32,000 bases of DNA from Desulfosporosinus meridiei DSM 13257 (GCF_000231385.2 NC_018515.1:4829624-4861623), one strand, 5' to 3'. Shown: positions 18,760-28,251, counted from the first letter of the stretch. Numbers and translations: made by a program. The notes: a model not told the origin generated them from the sequence alone.

Positions 18760-20136
18760 TCAGCCGGAATATTTCAGAAATGCCTGGTAGCCCCGGATCA
18801 TCATGACAAGGTCTGCTATAGAGGCTATTTCCCAAGGTGAATGCATACTCAGAATTCCGACACCGCAATCTAAGACCTCCATGCCGTATATAGCCATGTA
18901 TTGGGCTATCGTTCCTCCACCGCCTTGATCGACCTTTCCTAATTCTGCAGTTTGCCAACAAATCTTAGCATCATCAAAAATCCGCCGAACCTCCGCAACA
19001 AACTCTGCATTGGCGTCACTGGTATCATACTTCCCTTTAGAACCGGTATACTTGCTGATAACCAGACCTCGTCCTAAAAAGGCAGAATTTCGTTTATCCA
19101 TAACCTCAGCATAATTAGGATCATAGCCGCCTGTGACATCTGCTGAGAGAGCTTTTGCTCGGGCTAAGGATCGTCTAACCAGTAATCCATCATATTTACC
19201 GCTTTGCAAGGTAATCAGTTCGGCAATGAAGTTCTCCAAATAACGAGCCTTCATTCCTGTGTTAGAGTCACTGCCAATCTCTTCTTTATCCGCAAATAGA
19301 ACCAGTGTGGTCCACTCCGGCTGTTGAATTTCTGCAACTGCTTTCCAAGCTGCAAAGGAGCAAATACGATCATCCTGACCATAACCGATTACTAAGCTTT
19401 TATCCAATCCTGAATAGCGGGCTTTACCGGCTGGAACAACCTCTAGCTCTGCGCTGACAAAGTCATCCTCTTCAATACCATATTTATCTCTGAGGATAAC
19501 TAAGATTGCAGATTTTACCCGTTCTTCCCCTTCCCCCAAGGAAGGATTGTGCCCTAACAGAAGATTTAGGCCTTCTCCAGATACTGCTTCACTCAGCTTT
19601 TTGTTATATTGATCCTTTGCTAAATGCGGGAGTAAATCCGAAATTGTAAAAACAGGGTCTGCTTCATCCTCTCCAATAATTATTTCAACCTTCTGCCCGT
19701 TGCGCAAGAAGACGACTCCATGAAGAGATAGAGGCAGTGCCATCCATTGGTACTTTTTTATTCCCCCATAATAATGAGTTTTTAGGAAAGCCAACCCTTC
19801 CTCTTCATACAAAGGGCGCTGCTTAATATCTAATCGCGGAGCATCAATATGGGTTGCGATTAGTCGAAAACCCTCGCTCAAAGGTCTCTGCCCTGAAATT
19901 GCTAAGATACCTGCTTTTCCTCGAACTGCCAAACGAACTCTTTGGCCAGGTTGAAAGCCTTCAAGCTTATCTAGAGGTACAAAACCTTCCCGTTGAGCCC
20001 AACTCTCAATAATCTGCCAAGATTCTCGCTCGGTTTTTCCTTTACTCAAGAAGGAAAGGTATTCCGTCATAGCCTCTCGTTCTTGATCTGATATCATTAG
20101 ATCATCCCAGGCTAGTTTGACTTTTTTAGATCCCAT
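18760..20136 (-). CDS. M18-family aminopeptidase (clostridial aminopeptidase 1 type)
   Basis: 458 aa. It has THIDAPRLDIK, an internal DDRICSF motif and MHSPWE near the C-terminus. Length and motif order fit M18 peptidases. Confidence 0.8.
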   Translation of the reverse strand: MGSKKVKLAWDDLMISDQEREAMTEYLSFLSKGKTERESWQIIESWAQREGFVPLDKLEGFQPGQRVRLAVRGKAGILAISGQRPLSEGFRLIATHIDAPRLDIKQRPLYEEEGLAFLKTHYYGGIKKYQWMALPLSLHGVVFLRNGQKVEIIIGEDEADPVFTISDLLPHLAKDQYNKKLSEAVSGEGLNLLLGHNPSLGEGEERVKSAILVILRDKYGIEEDDFVSAELEVVPAGKARYSGLDKSLVIGYGQDDRICSFAAWKAVAEIQQPEWTTLVLFADKEEIGSDSNTGMKARYLENFIAELITLQSGKYDGLLVRRSLARAKALSADVTGGYDPNYAEVMDKRNSAFLGRGLVISKYTGSKGKYDTSDANAEFVAEVRRIFDDAKICWQTAELGKVDQGGGGTIAQYMAIYGMEVLDCGVGILSMHSPWEIASIADLVMMIRGYQAFLKYSG

Positions 20137-20268
20137 TCAATCACCCCTAAAACTTAATTAACTTGATTTTACAATGTCAGTTTCTTTAAGTTTTCTTCAT
20201 TTTCCCCTCGTTTATCCGACAGATATGTCAAACTTAACTAGATTCTCTTAAATAAGCCGACTACCATC

Positions 20269-21006
20269 TCAGAACCATACTCCCTTACCCATTGAAAGTG
20301 GCTCAAGCAACTTTTCTTTAAGTTGAGCAGAAAACATCTGATCTAAGAGGTTAAATGTTTGGATCAAATGGGGATATAGGTATGAATTTAGCACAAGCTC
20401 CATAAAACCATCATTTGAGCCGATATTTAGAAACGGCGACAATAATCCAGCTAATACTGACAGACCAATAAGTGCCCCTAGCCCGCCAAACAATAGCCCT
20501 CCTCCGCGATTAAATGACCCACTCCAGCTTCCAAGTGGGCGCAGAAGAATAGCTACCAGTATCTGAATACCTAACACCACAAAATAAAATACAAAGCCAA
20601 AAGCAAATAAGCTTAATATACTCTCGGTAATTGTCCCTGCCAAACTATGGGTTACTTGTTCAAGAGTTTGAGGCATTTGGGTACTGGCTATATCTGAAAA
20701 AGGGAAAAAACCACGCCATTGTTCAGGAATTATACCTAGGATATTCACTAGTACTTGTTGCTGCAGAGTTTGCGCTTTTGACTCCACAGTAGGAAGTAGT
20801 ACACGGTAAATCATTGGCTCTATCCATTGTCTAAGTGGAAAATACTGTTCTGCGAGACTCAAGACAGCCATGTATTTCCACGATGCTACCAAGAACCCTA
20901 CCAGCCATATAAAAAAATTAACAATACTTGTTATCAAACCTTTTTGGTAGCCATGTAGTGCTCCAAATAAGATAAAACCTATAATAAGTACATCGACTAG
21001 ATTCAC
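20269..21006 (-). CDS. cvpA: CvpA-family membrane protein (colicin V production protein homologue)
   Basis: 245 aa. The N-terminus MNLVDVLIIGFILFGALHGYQKGLI is typical of CvpA, and there are four or more hydrophobic helices. Confidence 0.8.
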   Translation of the reverse strand: MNLVDVLIIGFILFGALHGYQKGLITSIVNFFIWLVGFLVASWKYMAVLSLAEQYFPLRQWIEPMIYRVLLPTVESKAQTLQQQVLVNILGIIPEQWRGFFPFSDIASTQMPQTLEQVTHSLAGTITESILSLFAFGFVFYFVVLGIQILVAILLRPLGSWSGSFNRGGGLLFGGLGALIGLSVLAGLLSPFLNIGSNDGFMELVLNSYLYPHLIQTFNLLDQMFSAQLKEKLLEPLSMGKGVWF

Positions 21007-21139
21007 ATAGTCCCTCCCTAATTGACCCTCGTCAGATTTCTACAAGCGTATAAATAAAGCTTATTCGGGTTGAATCCATAAAATCCTGCTGTATTATTAT
21101 TCTTCTACTCTTCACTTTAGCTAACCCACAGAACCGATA

Positions 21140-21164
21140 TATCAAAAGGCAGCTTCACGCTGCC
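21140..21164 (-). terminator. Rho-independent terminator after tRNA-Sec
   Basis: On the minus strand, GGCAGC/GCUGCC forms a stem (21164-21159 / 21153-21148) with a 5-nt loop, followed by UUUUGAUAUAU. Confidence 0.7.
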
Positions 21165-21269
21165 TATTAAAACCAATTCCAACTACTCCGGATTTATTTT
21201 TGAAAAAAAGGTACCTAATCGCTCTAAGATATCTCAAACCTATATCCCAGGATTTCATAGTTCAAATTT

Positions 21270-21367
21270 TGGCGGGGATGTGTGCGAATCGAACACACCT
21301 CGGAACGTTCTGCGTCCCGACACGCGGATTTGAAGTCCGGGAGCAACACCAGTCACCATCCATCCCC
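21270..21367 (-). tRNA. selC: tRNA-Sec (selenocysteine tRNA, anticodon UCA), CCA encoded
   Basis: The reverse complement is 98 nt: GGGGAUGGAUGGUGACUGGUGUUGCUCCCGGACUUCAAAUCCGCGUGUCGGGACGCAGAACGUUCCGAGGUGUGUUCGAUUCGCACACAUCCCCGCCA. Supporting features are anticodon loop CUUCAAA, a long variable arm (CGGGAC/GUUCCG), a 5-bp T stem with an 8-position acceptor (bacterial 8/5 geometry) and discriminator G. The 8th acceptor pair and one anticodon-stem pair are mismatched by my hand fold. Confidence 0.85.
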
Positions 21368-21396
21368 TTACTAACGACAATCATATTATCACATTA

Positions 21397-21424
21397 ATTA
21401 TCATTTGGAAAGTAAATCAGTCAA
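21397..21424 (-). promoter_or_regulatory. Candidate sigma-A promoter for selC
   Basis: On the minus strand, TTGACT (21424-21419), a 16-nt spacer and GATAAT (21402-21397), about 30 nt upstream of the tRNA 5' end. Confidence 0.5.
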
Positions 21425-21521
21425 AGTCCCAAACTTGATGGTTAGAACTTATTGCATTTGTACAAAATAATTCTAATAAAGAAACCCTTAGCACATATGA
21501 GTATAAAGGAGGATTAAGCAA

Positions 21522-21665
21522 ATGAACCCTTCAGAAAATTCTATTTCTAACTTAACAAAGGAACAAATCGACGATCTCAAAGCATTGGAGCATAAGTTTA
21601 GCTCAATTACTGGTCAAGAAACTATCTTAATAGCCTATAAAACACAAACTAATGAAAGTCATTAA
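21522..21665 (+). CDS. Hypothetical 47-aa acidic protein (below the ORF-track size cut-off)
   Basis: The ATG at 21522 is preceded by the strong SD AAAGGAGG with an 8-nt spacer. It translates to MNPSENSISNLTKEQIDDLKALEHKFSSITGQETILIAYKTQTNESH, with stop TAA at 21663-21665. It is one of only two supported plus-strand CDSs here and overlaps the DUF2889 stop by 4 nt. I recognise no homology. Confidence 0.4.
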   Translation: MNPSENSISNLTKEQIDDLKALEHKFSSITGQETILIAYKTQTNESH

Positions 21666-22189
21666 ACAGCTCCTTTGTTATAATGAAAGCAACTCCCTTC
21701 CAAATAGTTCTCGACAATTTCAGTAATTTGCTCTTCTCGCATGGTAAGGTGCATCAACTGATATGAAGCTTGCATTAGGCTCTTTACACACTCAAGAGTT
21801 AGGTCTGTAATATGTGTACATCCTTCTTTTAGGCCAACAGCAGCTTGTACTTGTCTCCGAACATTTTTATTCAGATTTATTCCTACCAGCTTTGGAATTC
21901 GTTTTTGAGTTTCAGCACAATCCGTATGGGGGGCTCGACGGAATTCTCCCATTGCTGTTGTTATTGTACGAGTCTTTATCTCAATTTCCAAAGTCAAGCA
22001 TAACTCATGATGAGTGTCAATAAAAGTACCATCCACAGTCAGAGTATCTTTGTCCTTTGAACGAACACTAATGGAAATTGAACGGTTAAATAGGTGCAAT
22101 TCTTCCATCTCCTCATTTTTTTGGTAGTTTCTATCTACATTATATCTCTTTTCTTTAAGAAGAAAAGCACTGGGTGAATACCTCTTCAT
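21662..22189 (-). CDS. DUF2889 family protein
   Basis: 175 aa. RBS AAAGGAAG lies 6 nt upstream. The conserved Cys/His positions (HTDC, GCTHITDL, ECV, GSCFHY) resemble DUF2889. Confidence 0.6.
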   Translation of the reverse strand: MKRYSPSAFLLKEKRYNVDRNYQKNEEMEELHLFNRSISISVRSKDKDTLTVDGTFIDTHHELCLTLEIEIKTRTITTAMGEFRRAPHTDCAETQKRIPKLVGINLNKNVRRQVQAAVGLKEGCTHITDLTLECVKSLMQASYQLMHLTMREEQITEIVENYLEGSCFHYNKGAV

Positions 22190-22239
22190 CCAGTGCTTCC
22201 TTTTTGAAATGAAACTAATATAGGTCTTTTTAAAGGATA

Positions 22240-22866
22240 TTATTTTTTAATTTGATAACCTTTTGCATCCAATGATTTTTCAACTTCGTCAACCTGATCC
22301 CCCTGAAGACGAGCAAGAATCTGAACCTTATTGTCTTTGAGATGATATACAGCTAAACTTCCAATATTGACCTCATGTTCCTTAGTCACAAGGGCTAAAT
22401 CCGACATAACCCCAATTTGGTCCTTAGTTTCAATCATTACGCGCTGTCCCGGACTACGAAATCCCATAATATCTAAAAAGGCATCTAATATATCCGAACC
22501 AGTTATTATCCCCACAACTTTACCTTCTTCAATGACAGGCAATCCACCAATCTTATGGTCTCTCATCATTAAAGCGGCATCCTCAATTTGAGTGTCTGGA
22601 TGGCAAGTTATAACCTTCTTAATCGCAACTTCACGGATGGGCGTCTTGGCAATAAGGTAGTTAAGTTCAAAAATGCTCAACGTTGTTGCTGGAGAAGGAG
22701 AGACCTCACGGAGATCTCCATCTGTGACAAAACCTACAAGTTTACCCTTTTCTACAACCGGCAATTTACTAATCTTTTTTTCTCTCATAAGAGCCATTGT
22801 ATCCGCAATAGATTTATCCGGGCCTACCGTAAAAACTTGAGCTGTCATAAATTGGCGAACATACAT
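22240..22866 (-). CDS. CBS-pair plus ACT domain protein (AcuB-like)
   Basis: 208 aa. It has two CBS repeats (VFTV.PD.....A..LM.....KLPVVE.GKLVG.VT..DL and HKIGGLPVIEEGKVVGIIT.SDIL), followed by an ACT-like C-terminus. SD AAGGAGG lies upstream. Confidence 0.8.
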   Translation of the reverse strand: MYVRQFMTAQVFTVGPDKSIADTMALMREKKISKLPVVEKGKLVGFVTDGDLREVSPSPATTLSIFELNYLIAKTPIREVAIKKVITCHPDTQIEDAALMMRDHKIGGLPVIEEGKVVGIITGSDILDAFLDIMGFRSPGQRVMIETKDQIGVMSDLALVTKEHEVNIGSLAVYHLKDNKVQILARLQGDQVDEVEKSLDAKGYQIKK

Positions 22867-23088
22867 TTCTAATTACCTCCTTCTACTATTAAGCATAGCC
22901 AGCAAAAACCAAGTTACACTTTGGTACCAAGCTAATGCAACTGGCAGCACTTAGTAACCATTACGTCACGACCAAAATAGACCATGATCCCTAATCCGTC
23001 CATGCCTGCTTATTGTTACAATGTACCCTGAGACGAAGCTGGAGAGAAGGGAAAATCCGAGAAGTCTACTATCAGCCTATGATTTATA

Positions 23089-23793
23089 TTAGCCTCCTAA
23101 GTAGGCCTTACGGACTTCTTCACTGGCGGCAAGTTCTTTAGCATCCCCGGAAAGAACTATCTTGCCAGTCTCTAATACATACGCTCTATTAGCAATAGAA
23201 AGAGCCATATGGGCATTTTGCTCAACAAGTAAGATTGTTGTACCGCTTGAATTAATCTCTTTAATTATTGAAAAGATTTGTTTTACTAAGATTGGTGCCA
23301 AACCCATTGAAGGCTCATCTAGCAGCAAGAGTTGAGGTTTAGACATCAGCGCTCTGCCCATTGCCAGCATTTGTTGTTCTCCGCCTGATAAAGTACCTGA
23401 AAGCTGACTTTTTCTTTCCAGTAAGCGTGGAAATAATTCGTAAACTTTCTTCATGTCTTCTTTAACGCCCGCTTTATCTTTACGTAAGTAAGCTCCCAAT
23501 TCTAAGTTTTCAATGACAGTCATATTGGCAAATACACGTCTACCTTCTGGTACCTGAGATATTCCCTGAGAAACGATACTTTGAGGAGCAATACTAGCAA
23601 GGTCTGACCCTTTAAAAGAAACCTTACCTGTCTTTGGCCGCAGTAAGCCGGAGATTGTTTTGAGACAAGTGCTTTTGCCCGCACCATTTGAACCGATAAG
23701 TGTCACAATTTCCCCTTGATTAACTTCGAGGGAGATACCTTTAAGGGCGTGAATTGCACCATAGAATACATTTACATCTTCAAGGACAAGCAT
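23089..23793 (-). CDS. livF: Branched-chain amino acid ABC transporter ATP-binding protein (LivF type)
   Basis: 234 aa. It has Walker A GSNGAGKST, ABC signature LSGGEQQ and Walker B LLLLDEPS. Its start overlaps the livG stop by 1 nt (TGATG). Confidence 0.9.
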   Translation of the reverse strand: MLVLEDVNVFYGAIHALKGISLEVNQGEIVTLIGSNGAGKSTCLKTISGLLRPKTGKVSFKGSDLASIAPQSIVSQGISQVPEGRRVFANMTVIENLELGAYLRKDKAGVKEDMKKVYELFPRLLERKSQLSGTLSGGEQQMLAMGRALMSKPQLLLLDEPSMGLAPILVKQIFSIIKEINSSGTTILLVEQNAHMALSIANRAYVLETGKIVLSGDAKELAASEEVRKAYLGG

Positions 23794-24569
23794 CAGACAA
23801 CCTCCTCCCCTAAATAAGCCTCGATGACTTTGGGATTACTCTTGATTTCATCTGGTGTGCCTTGCGCAATAATCATTCCATAATCTAAAACATAGATTCG
23901 TTCGCATACGCCCATTACTAGGGACATATCGTGTTCAATTAACAAAATAGCTAGATTGAATTGTTGACGAATCCAGCGAATGAGATTCATAAGGTCGTGT
24001 GTCTCTTGAGGATTCATCCCCGCTGCAGGCTCATCAAGCAATAAAAGCTTAGGCTCTGTACCTAAAGCACGAGCAATTTCTAAACGGCGTTGTTCACCAT
24101 AAGGCAAGTTTTTGGCAACTTCTTCAGCCTTATCCTCCAGATTAAAGATCTTGAGAAGTTCCATGGCTTTACGGTGCATTTCTTTTTCTCCAGCATAATA
24201 GCTTGGCAAACGTAAGAAAGCACTAAGCGTACTATAAGAACTTCTTTGATGATATGCTATCTTAACATTTTCAATAACACTCAGATCACTAAAAAGACGG
24301 ATATTCTGGAACGTCCTAGCCATTCCACTTTGAGTAACCTGATAGGGTTTAAGCCCTCTCATATCTTTACTCTGAAATTTAACGCTGCCCTCCGTAGGCT
24401 CATAAACTCCCGTCAGTAAATTGAAAACTGTGGTTTTCCCTGCACCGTTTGGACCGATTAAACCGATCAATTCTCCGTCGTTGATCTCAATATTAAGGTT
24501 TGATACGGCTTTTAGACCCCCAAAAGATTTGGAGAGTTTGTCAATCTTTAGAAGAGGCATTCTTATCAC
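23793..24569 (-). CDS. livG: Branched-chain amino acid ABC transporter ATP-binding protein (LivG type)
   Basis: 258 aa from GTG. It has Walker A GPNGAGKTT, the signature-region variant LPYGEQRRLEIARAL and Walker B LLLLDEPAAG. The ATG at 24560 (MPLLKID...) is better spaced from the GAAGGG SD and may be the true start. Either start overlaps the livM 3' end. Confidence 0.9.
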   Translation of the reverse strand: MIRMPLLKIDKLSKSFGGLKAVSNLNIEINDGELIGLIGPNGAGKTTVFNLLTGVYEPTEGSVKFQSKDMRGLKPYQVTQSGMARTFQNIRLFSDLSVIENVKIAYHQRSSYSTLSAFLRLPSYYAGEKEMHRKAMELLKIFNLEDKAEEVAKNLPYGEQRRLEIARALGTEPKLLLLDEPAAGMNPQETHDLMNLIRWIRQQFNLAILLIEHDMSLVMGVCERIYVLDYGMIIAQGTPDEIKSNPKVIEAYLGEEVV

Positions 24570-25494
24570 CCTTCTTTCCGAGGAAACTTAAGCTAAATTC
24601 TTTAGTCCCTAGTAGTCCCTTCGGTCTAAAAATCATCATTACGATTAAAAGTATAGCTGTTATAACAAGTCTCCATTCTGGCCAACCTGATAATGCAGCA
24701 GAAACCACCGTCATTACCACGGCACCAAGAACGCTACCCGTTAAACTGCCTAAGCCACCGAGTACAACCATAACCAGAATATCAAATGACTTTAAAAAGC
24801 TAAAGGTTAGAGGTTGAATAATATATAGGTAATTAGCATAAATTCCGCCTGCCAATCCTGCAAAGAATGCACCAATTGTAAAGGCCATAATTTTATATTT
24901 TGTTGTATTAATACCCATTACATCGGCTGCAATTTCATTTTCTCGAATTGAAATACATGCTCGACCATGGGTAGACTTAATAAAATTTCTAATAATTATA
25001 ATACTTAGGACCGTTAGCCAAAATGCCCATGTCCAAGTAATTGTTTTCGGCACTGAAAATCCTGAAGCCCCTCCAACATATGGTGTGTTTAAAAAGACAA
25101 TTCTTACTATTTCTCCAAAACCTAAGGTTGCAATTGCCAAATAGTCTCCCTTTAGTCTTAAAGTAGGCAGACCAATTAAAAAACCGGCTACGGCAGCTGC
25201 CACTGCCCCAGCAATCAAGGCCAATAAAAGAGGTCCATGCAGTTTAACTACGACAATGGCTGCCATGTAAGCACCGATCGCCATAAAACCTGCGTGTCCA
25301 ATTGAAAACTGGCCTGTGATCCCATTGATTAAGTTTAAGCTTGTTGCAAGAATTATATAGATACAAACCTGAATCAAAGTGAGGGCAACAAAAGGAGGTA
25401 AGATATCCATGAAAATACTTCCCTGAACGATGGCATAGACAAGTAGGACCCCCACTAAAGTTAGGACACTTTGACGATTAATCCGCTTACCCAT
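24541..25494 (-). CDS. livM: Branched-chain amino acid ABC transporter permease (LivM type)
   Basis: 317 aa polytopic membrane protein with a G.GQ.S.GHA.F..IGAY motif typical of LivM. Confidence 0.9.
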   Translation of the reverse strand: MGKRINRQSVLTLVGVLLVYAIVQGSIFMDILPPFVALTLIQVCIYIILATSLNLINGITGQFSIGHAGFMAIGAYMAAIVVVKLHGPLLLALIAGAVAAAVAGFLIGLPTLRLKGDYLAIATLGFGEIVRIVFLNTPYVGGASGFSVPKTITWTWAFWLTVLSIIIIRNFIKSTHGRACISIRENEIAADVMGINTTKYKIMAFTIGAFFAGLAGGIYANYLYIIQPLTFSFLKSFDILVMVVLGGLGSLTGSVLGAVVMTVVSAALSGWPEWRLVITAILLIVMMIFRPKGLLGTKEFSLSFLGKKGDKNASSKD

Positions 25495-25502
25495 GATTCC
25501 AC

Positions 25503-26393
25503 CTACACTTTCTCACGGATGTTCTTACCAAAAAGCCCACTTGGCTTAACAATGAGAACAAGTATTAAAATTAAAAATGCTACTGCATCGCGCCATGTCG
25601 ACGCTCCTAAACCACTAACAAATGATTCTGTAAGCCCTAAGAAAAATCCTCCTACCATCGCACCGGGAATAATACCAATTCCCCCTAAAACTGCTGCAAC
25701 AAAGGCCTTAAGCCCCGGAATGATACCCATTAACGGATTAATTGTATTAAAGTATACTCCCATCAAAACCCCAGCAGCGGCAGCCAGAGCAGACCCAATT
25801 GCAAAAGTTGCCGAAATAGTGTTATTAACATTAATACCCATCAATAATGCTGCTTCTGTATCGAAAGATACTGCCCTCATGGCTTTTCCTATCTTTGTGT
25901 ACTTAACAATACCATGCAGCAGAACCATAAGGACAACAGAGGTGACAATCATAACAATATCACCATATTTAATGATGATGCCACCTACATTGAAAATTGT
26001 GTCGGGAAAAACAGGAGGATAAGTGCGCATCTGAGGAGATACAACTAACATGCCCCCATATTCCAGGAAAAAAGAAACCCCAATGGCTGTAATTAAAGAT
26101 GCAATTCGAGTAGCATTACGCAGCGGTTTATAAGCAATCCTTTCTATCAAAACACCTAAAATTGCACTAACAGTCATTGCAATTAGCAACGCCGGAATAA
26201 ACGACATATGCAATGTAGTTGTTGCAAACCAACCTGCATAGGCTCCGACCATCATTACATCACCATGAGCAAAGTTTATAAGCTTTATGATACCGTAAAC
26301 CATGGTATAACCGAGAGCAACTAAAGCATAAATACTTCCTAGAGAAAGTCCGTTTACTATCTGCTGCAATACTTGCTCAGTTACACTTCCCAT
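25503..26393 (-). CDS. livH: Branched-chain amino acid ABC transporter permease (LivH type)
   Basis: 296 aa. The sequence QQIVNGLSLGSIYALVALGYTMVYGIIKLINFAHGD is the typical LivH N-terminus. Confidence 0.9.
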   Translation of the reverse strand: MGSVTEQVLQQIVNGLSLGSIYALVALGYTMVYGIIKLINFAHGDVMMVGAYAGWFATTTLHMSFIPALLIAMTVSAILGVLIERIAYKPLRNATRIASLITAIGVSFFLEYGGMLVVSPQMRTYPPVFPDTIFNVGGIIIKYGDIVMIVTSVVLMVLLHGIVKYTKIGKAMRAVSFDTEAALLMGINVNNTISATFAIGSALAAAAGVLMGVYFNTINPLMGIIPGLKAFVAAVLGGIGIIPGAMVGGFFLGLTESFVSGLGASTWRDAVAFLILILVLIVKPSGLFGKNIREKV

Positions 26394-26540
26394 ATTCTCA
26401 ACTCCTTACTCCCGAATAGTTTTTTCGATCTATCAAATTCGAGACAGCCACTTCTTGTCAATATGTGTTTCGATTTGTAACCCCTGGACAAATGATAAAT
26501 ATTTTAATCCTTTACCATGGCACTTGCCACAGTCTACTAC

Positions 26541-26568
26541 AAAAAAGAGGGAGGGGTTGTCCTCCCTC
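26541..26568 (-). terminator. Intra-operon hairpin/terminator between the binding-protein gene and the permease genes
   Basis: On the minus strand, GAGGGAGG/CCUCCCUC forms an 8-bp GC-rich stem (26568-26561 / 26554-26547) with a 6-nt loop, followed by U6. Confidence 0.65.
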
Positions 26569-26604
26569 CTTAGCTTCTTGTGACAATTCTTCCAAGTTGA
26601 TAGA

Positions 26605-27768
26605 TTATTTTGGGTTAACTTTTGTCATGAATACGCTTTTGCCATCTTTAAATTGAAGGATTGCGGCACTCTTAACTGGGTTATGAGTTGCTGGGTCAAC
26701 ATTCAATTCTCCACTTATTCCTTGGAAACCTTTCATGTTTTCCAGAGCACTTCTTAATTTTTCGGGTTCTGTACTACCGGCGTTCTCAAGAGCTTTAATT
26801 AAAAGATTTGCTGTATCATATCCAAGGGCTGCGAATGTGTCAGGCTCTGAATTATATTTTCCTTGGAAATCTTTAATGAATTGAGCCATTCCTGGATCAT
26901 CCATAGCTCCATGATTGACGTAGTAAGTATTCTCTAATGCTGCAGCGCCTGCTACATCAACTAATTGAGGAGAACCCCAGCCGTCTCCGCCTACGAATAC
27001 TTGCTTCATTCCCATTTCACGTGCCTGCTTAACGATTAAGCCTACTTCTTGATAATATCCAGGAACAAAGACTACATCAGGATTAGCAGCTTTAATTCGT
27101 ACTAAGGTTGCTCGGAAGTCTAAATCACTGCCTGCTACATATTGTTCTGTTGCGACAATTTCTCCGCCTGATTTTTTAAAGTTTTCTTCAAACGAAGTTG
27201 CGAGACCTTTAGAATAATCTCCCTTTTGATCTATGAAAAGTGCAGCTTTCTTAGCTTTAAGGGTATCTGAGGCAAAGTTAGCAGCTACCTGACCTTGGAA
27301 GGGGTCAATGAAGCAAGCTCTAAAGATCCAAGGCTTTACCTTACCGTTTTCAAAGGTAACACTATCTGATGTGCCTGTAGGCGTAATTAGAGGCACTTTA
27401 TTATCGGTGACTACTTGGACAGCAGCTAAAGTATTTCCACTTGTCATAGGTCCAAGTATTGCAGAAACTTTGTCTTGAGTTGCCAGCTTAGTTGAAGCTA
27501 CAGTCGATTCTCCGGGGTCGGACTTATTATCTGAAGATACGTATTCAAGCTTCTTGCCTAATACTCCGCCTTTTGCATTTTGTTGCTCAAATGCTAGCTT
27601 AATAGCTTTCTCCGCATATTGTCCGAATGCGGCTGCTCCACCACTTAACTCAAGGTTACCGCCAACTTTTATAACCTCAGCGGACTTTTGCCCCCCAGCA
27701 GCTCCACAACCGGTTACCAAAGAAAGACTTAATAAGGCTACAGTTGCTATTGAAAATAGTTTTCTCAT
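26605..27768 (-). CDS. livK: Branched-chain amino acid ABC transporter substrate-binding lipoprotein (LivJ/LivK type)
   Basis: 387 aa. It has a lipoprotein signal peptide with lipobox LVTGC and the type I periplasmic binding fold pattern. It is the first gene of the liv-like cluster. The symbol indicates the family only. Confidence 0.88.
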   Translation of the reverse strand: MRKLFSIATVALLSLSLVTGCGAAGGQKSAEVIKVGGNLELSGGAAAFGQYAEKAIKLAFEQQNAKGGVLGKKLEYVSSDNKSDPGESTVASTKLATQDKVSAILGPMTSGNTLAAVQVVTDNKVPLITPTGTSDSVTFENGKVKPWIFRACFIDPFQGQVAANFASDTLKAKKAALFIDQKGDYSKGLATSFEENFKKSGGEIVATEQYVAGSDLDFRATLVRIKAANPDVVFVPGYYQEVGLIVKQAREMGMKQVFVGGDGWGSPQLVDVAGAAALENTYYVNHGAMDDPGMAQFIKDFQGKYNSEPDTFAALGYDTANLLIKALENAGSTEPEKLRSALENMKGFQGISGELNVDPATHNPVKSAAILQFKDGKSVFMTKVNPK

Positions 27769-28211
27769 CTTTCTACCCCTCTCTAATATTGACCCTTTTT
27801 ACTTCTGTTTATGGTACATAACTGTGATTCCTATAGTGATTTTTTAGGATTATTCTGCTTAATTCACCTCCAATTATAACCCTCAAGCACCTCTGGATAT
27901 AGTACAAGGTCTAAGTCATCCAATCAAAAACTTATATGATTGGGTTTAATATCAGGCTGTTAGATAACAACCCTCTAGTTCTATATTCTATATATTATAA
28001 AACAATTTGACAAGCTATTAGAGTACAATGAGTCACGAATTTTATAAACAATTTGATGGTAAATGATAGCAAACCATCTCATTCTGGATTATTTCTATAG
28101 TTTTATAAAAAACATTCGACTAAATTGTATAACTCTGATAATAATGGAATATTTTTCTATTCATTCTTTTAGGAATTCATTTATCTTTCTAATCTTAAAG
28201 TTATAAAGCAA

Positions 28212-28251
28212 AATGAGTAATTAACTAAAATCTTTAAGCTAATTACTCATT
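28212..28251 (-). terminator. AU-rich 12-bp hairpin after selB (weak terminator candidate)
   Basis: AATGAGTAATTA (28212-28223) pairs with TAATTACTCATT (28240-28251) around a 16-nt loop. On the minus strand it is followed by UUGCUUUAUAACUUU. Confidence 0.45.

Noticed and set aside
21200-21397. 65-aa plus-strand ORF
   Set aside because: It overlaps the tRNA-Sec gene on the opposite strand. The open frame is explained by the tRNA sequence, and there is no RBS.
22965-22973. GGUCGUGAC on the minus strand, resembling the 5' conserved block of the ZTP (pfl) riboswitch
   Set aside because: The obligatory 3' pseudoknot half (CCGCCUGGGC-like) is absent from the spacer. The downstream gene is not a purine or folate gene. 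I treat it as a coincidence.
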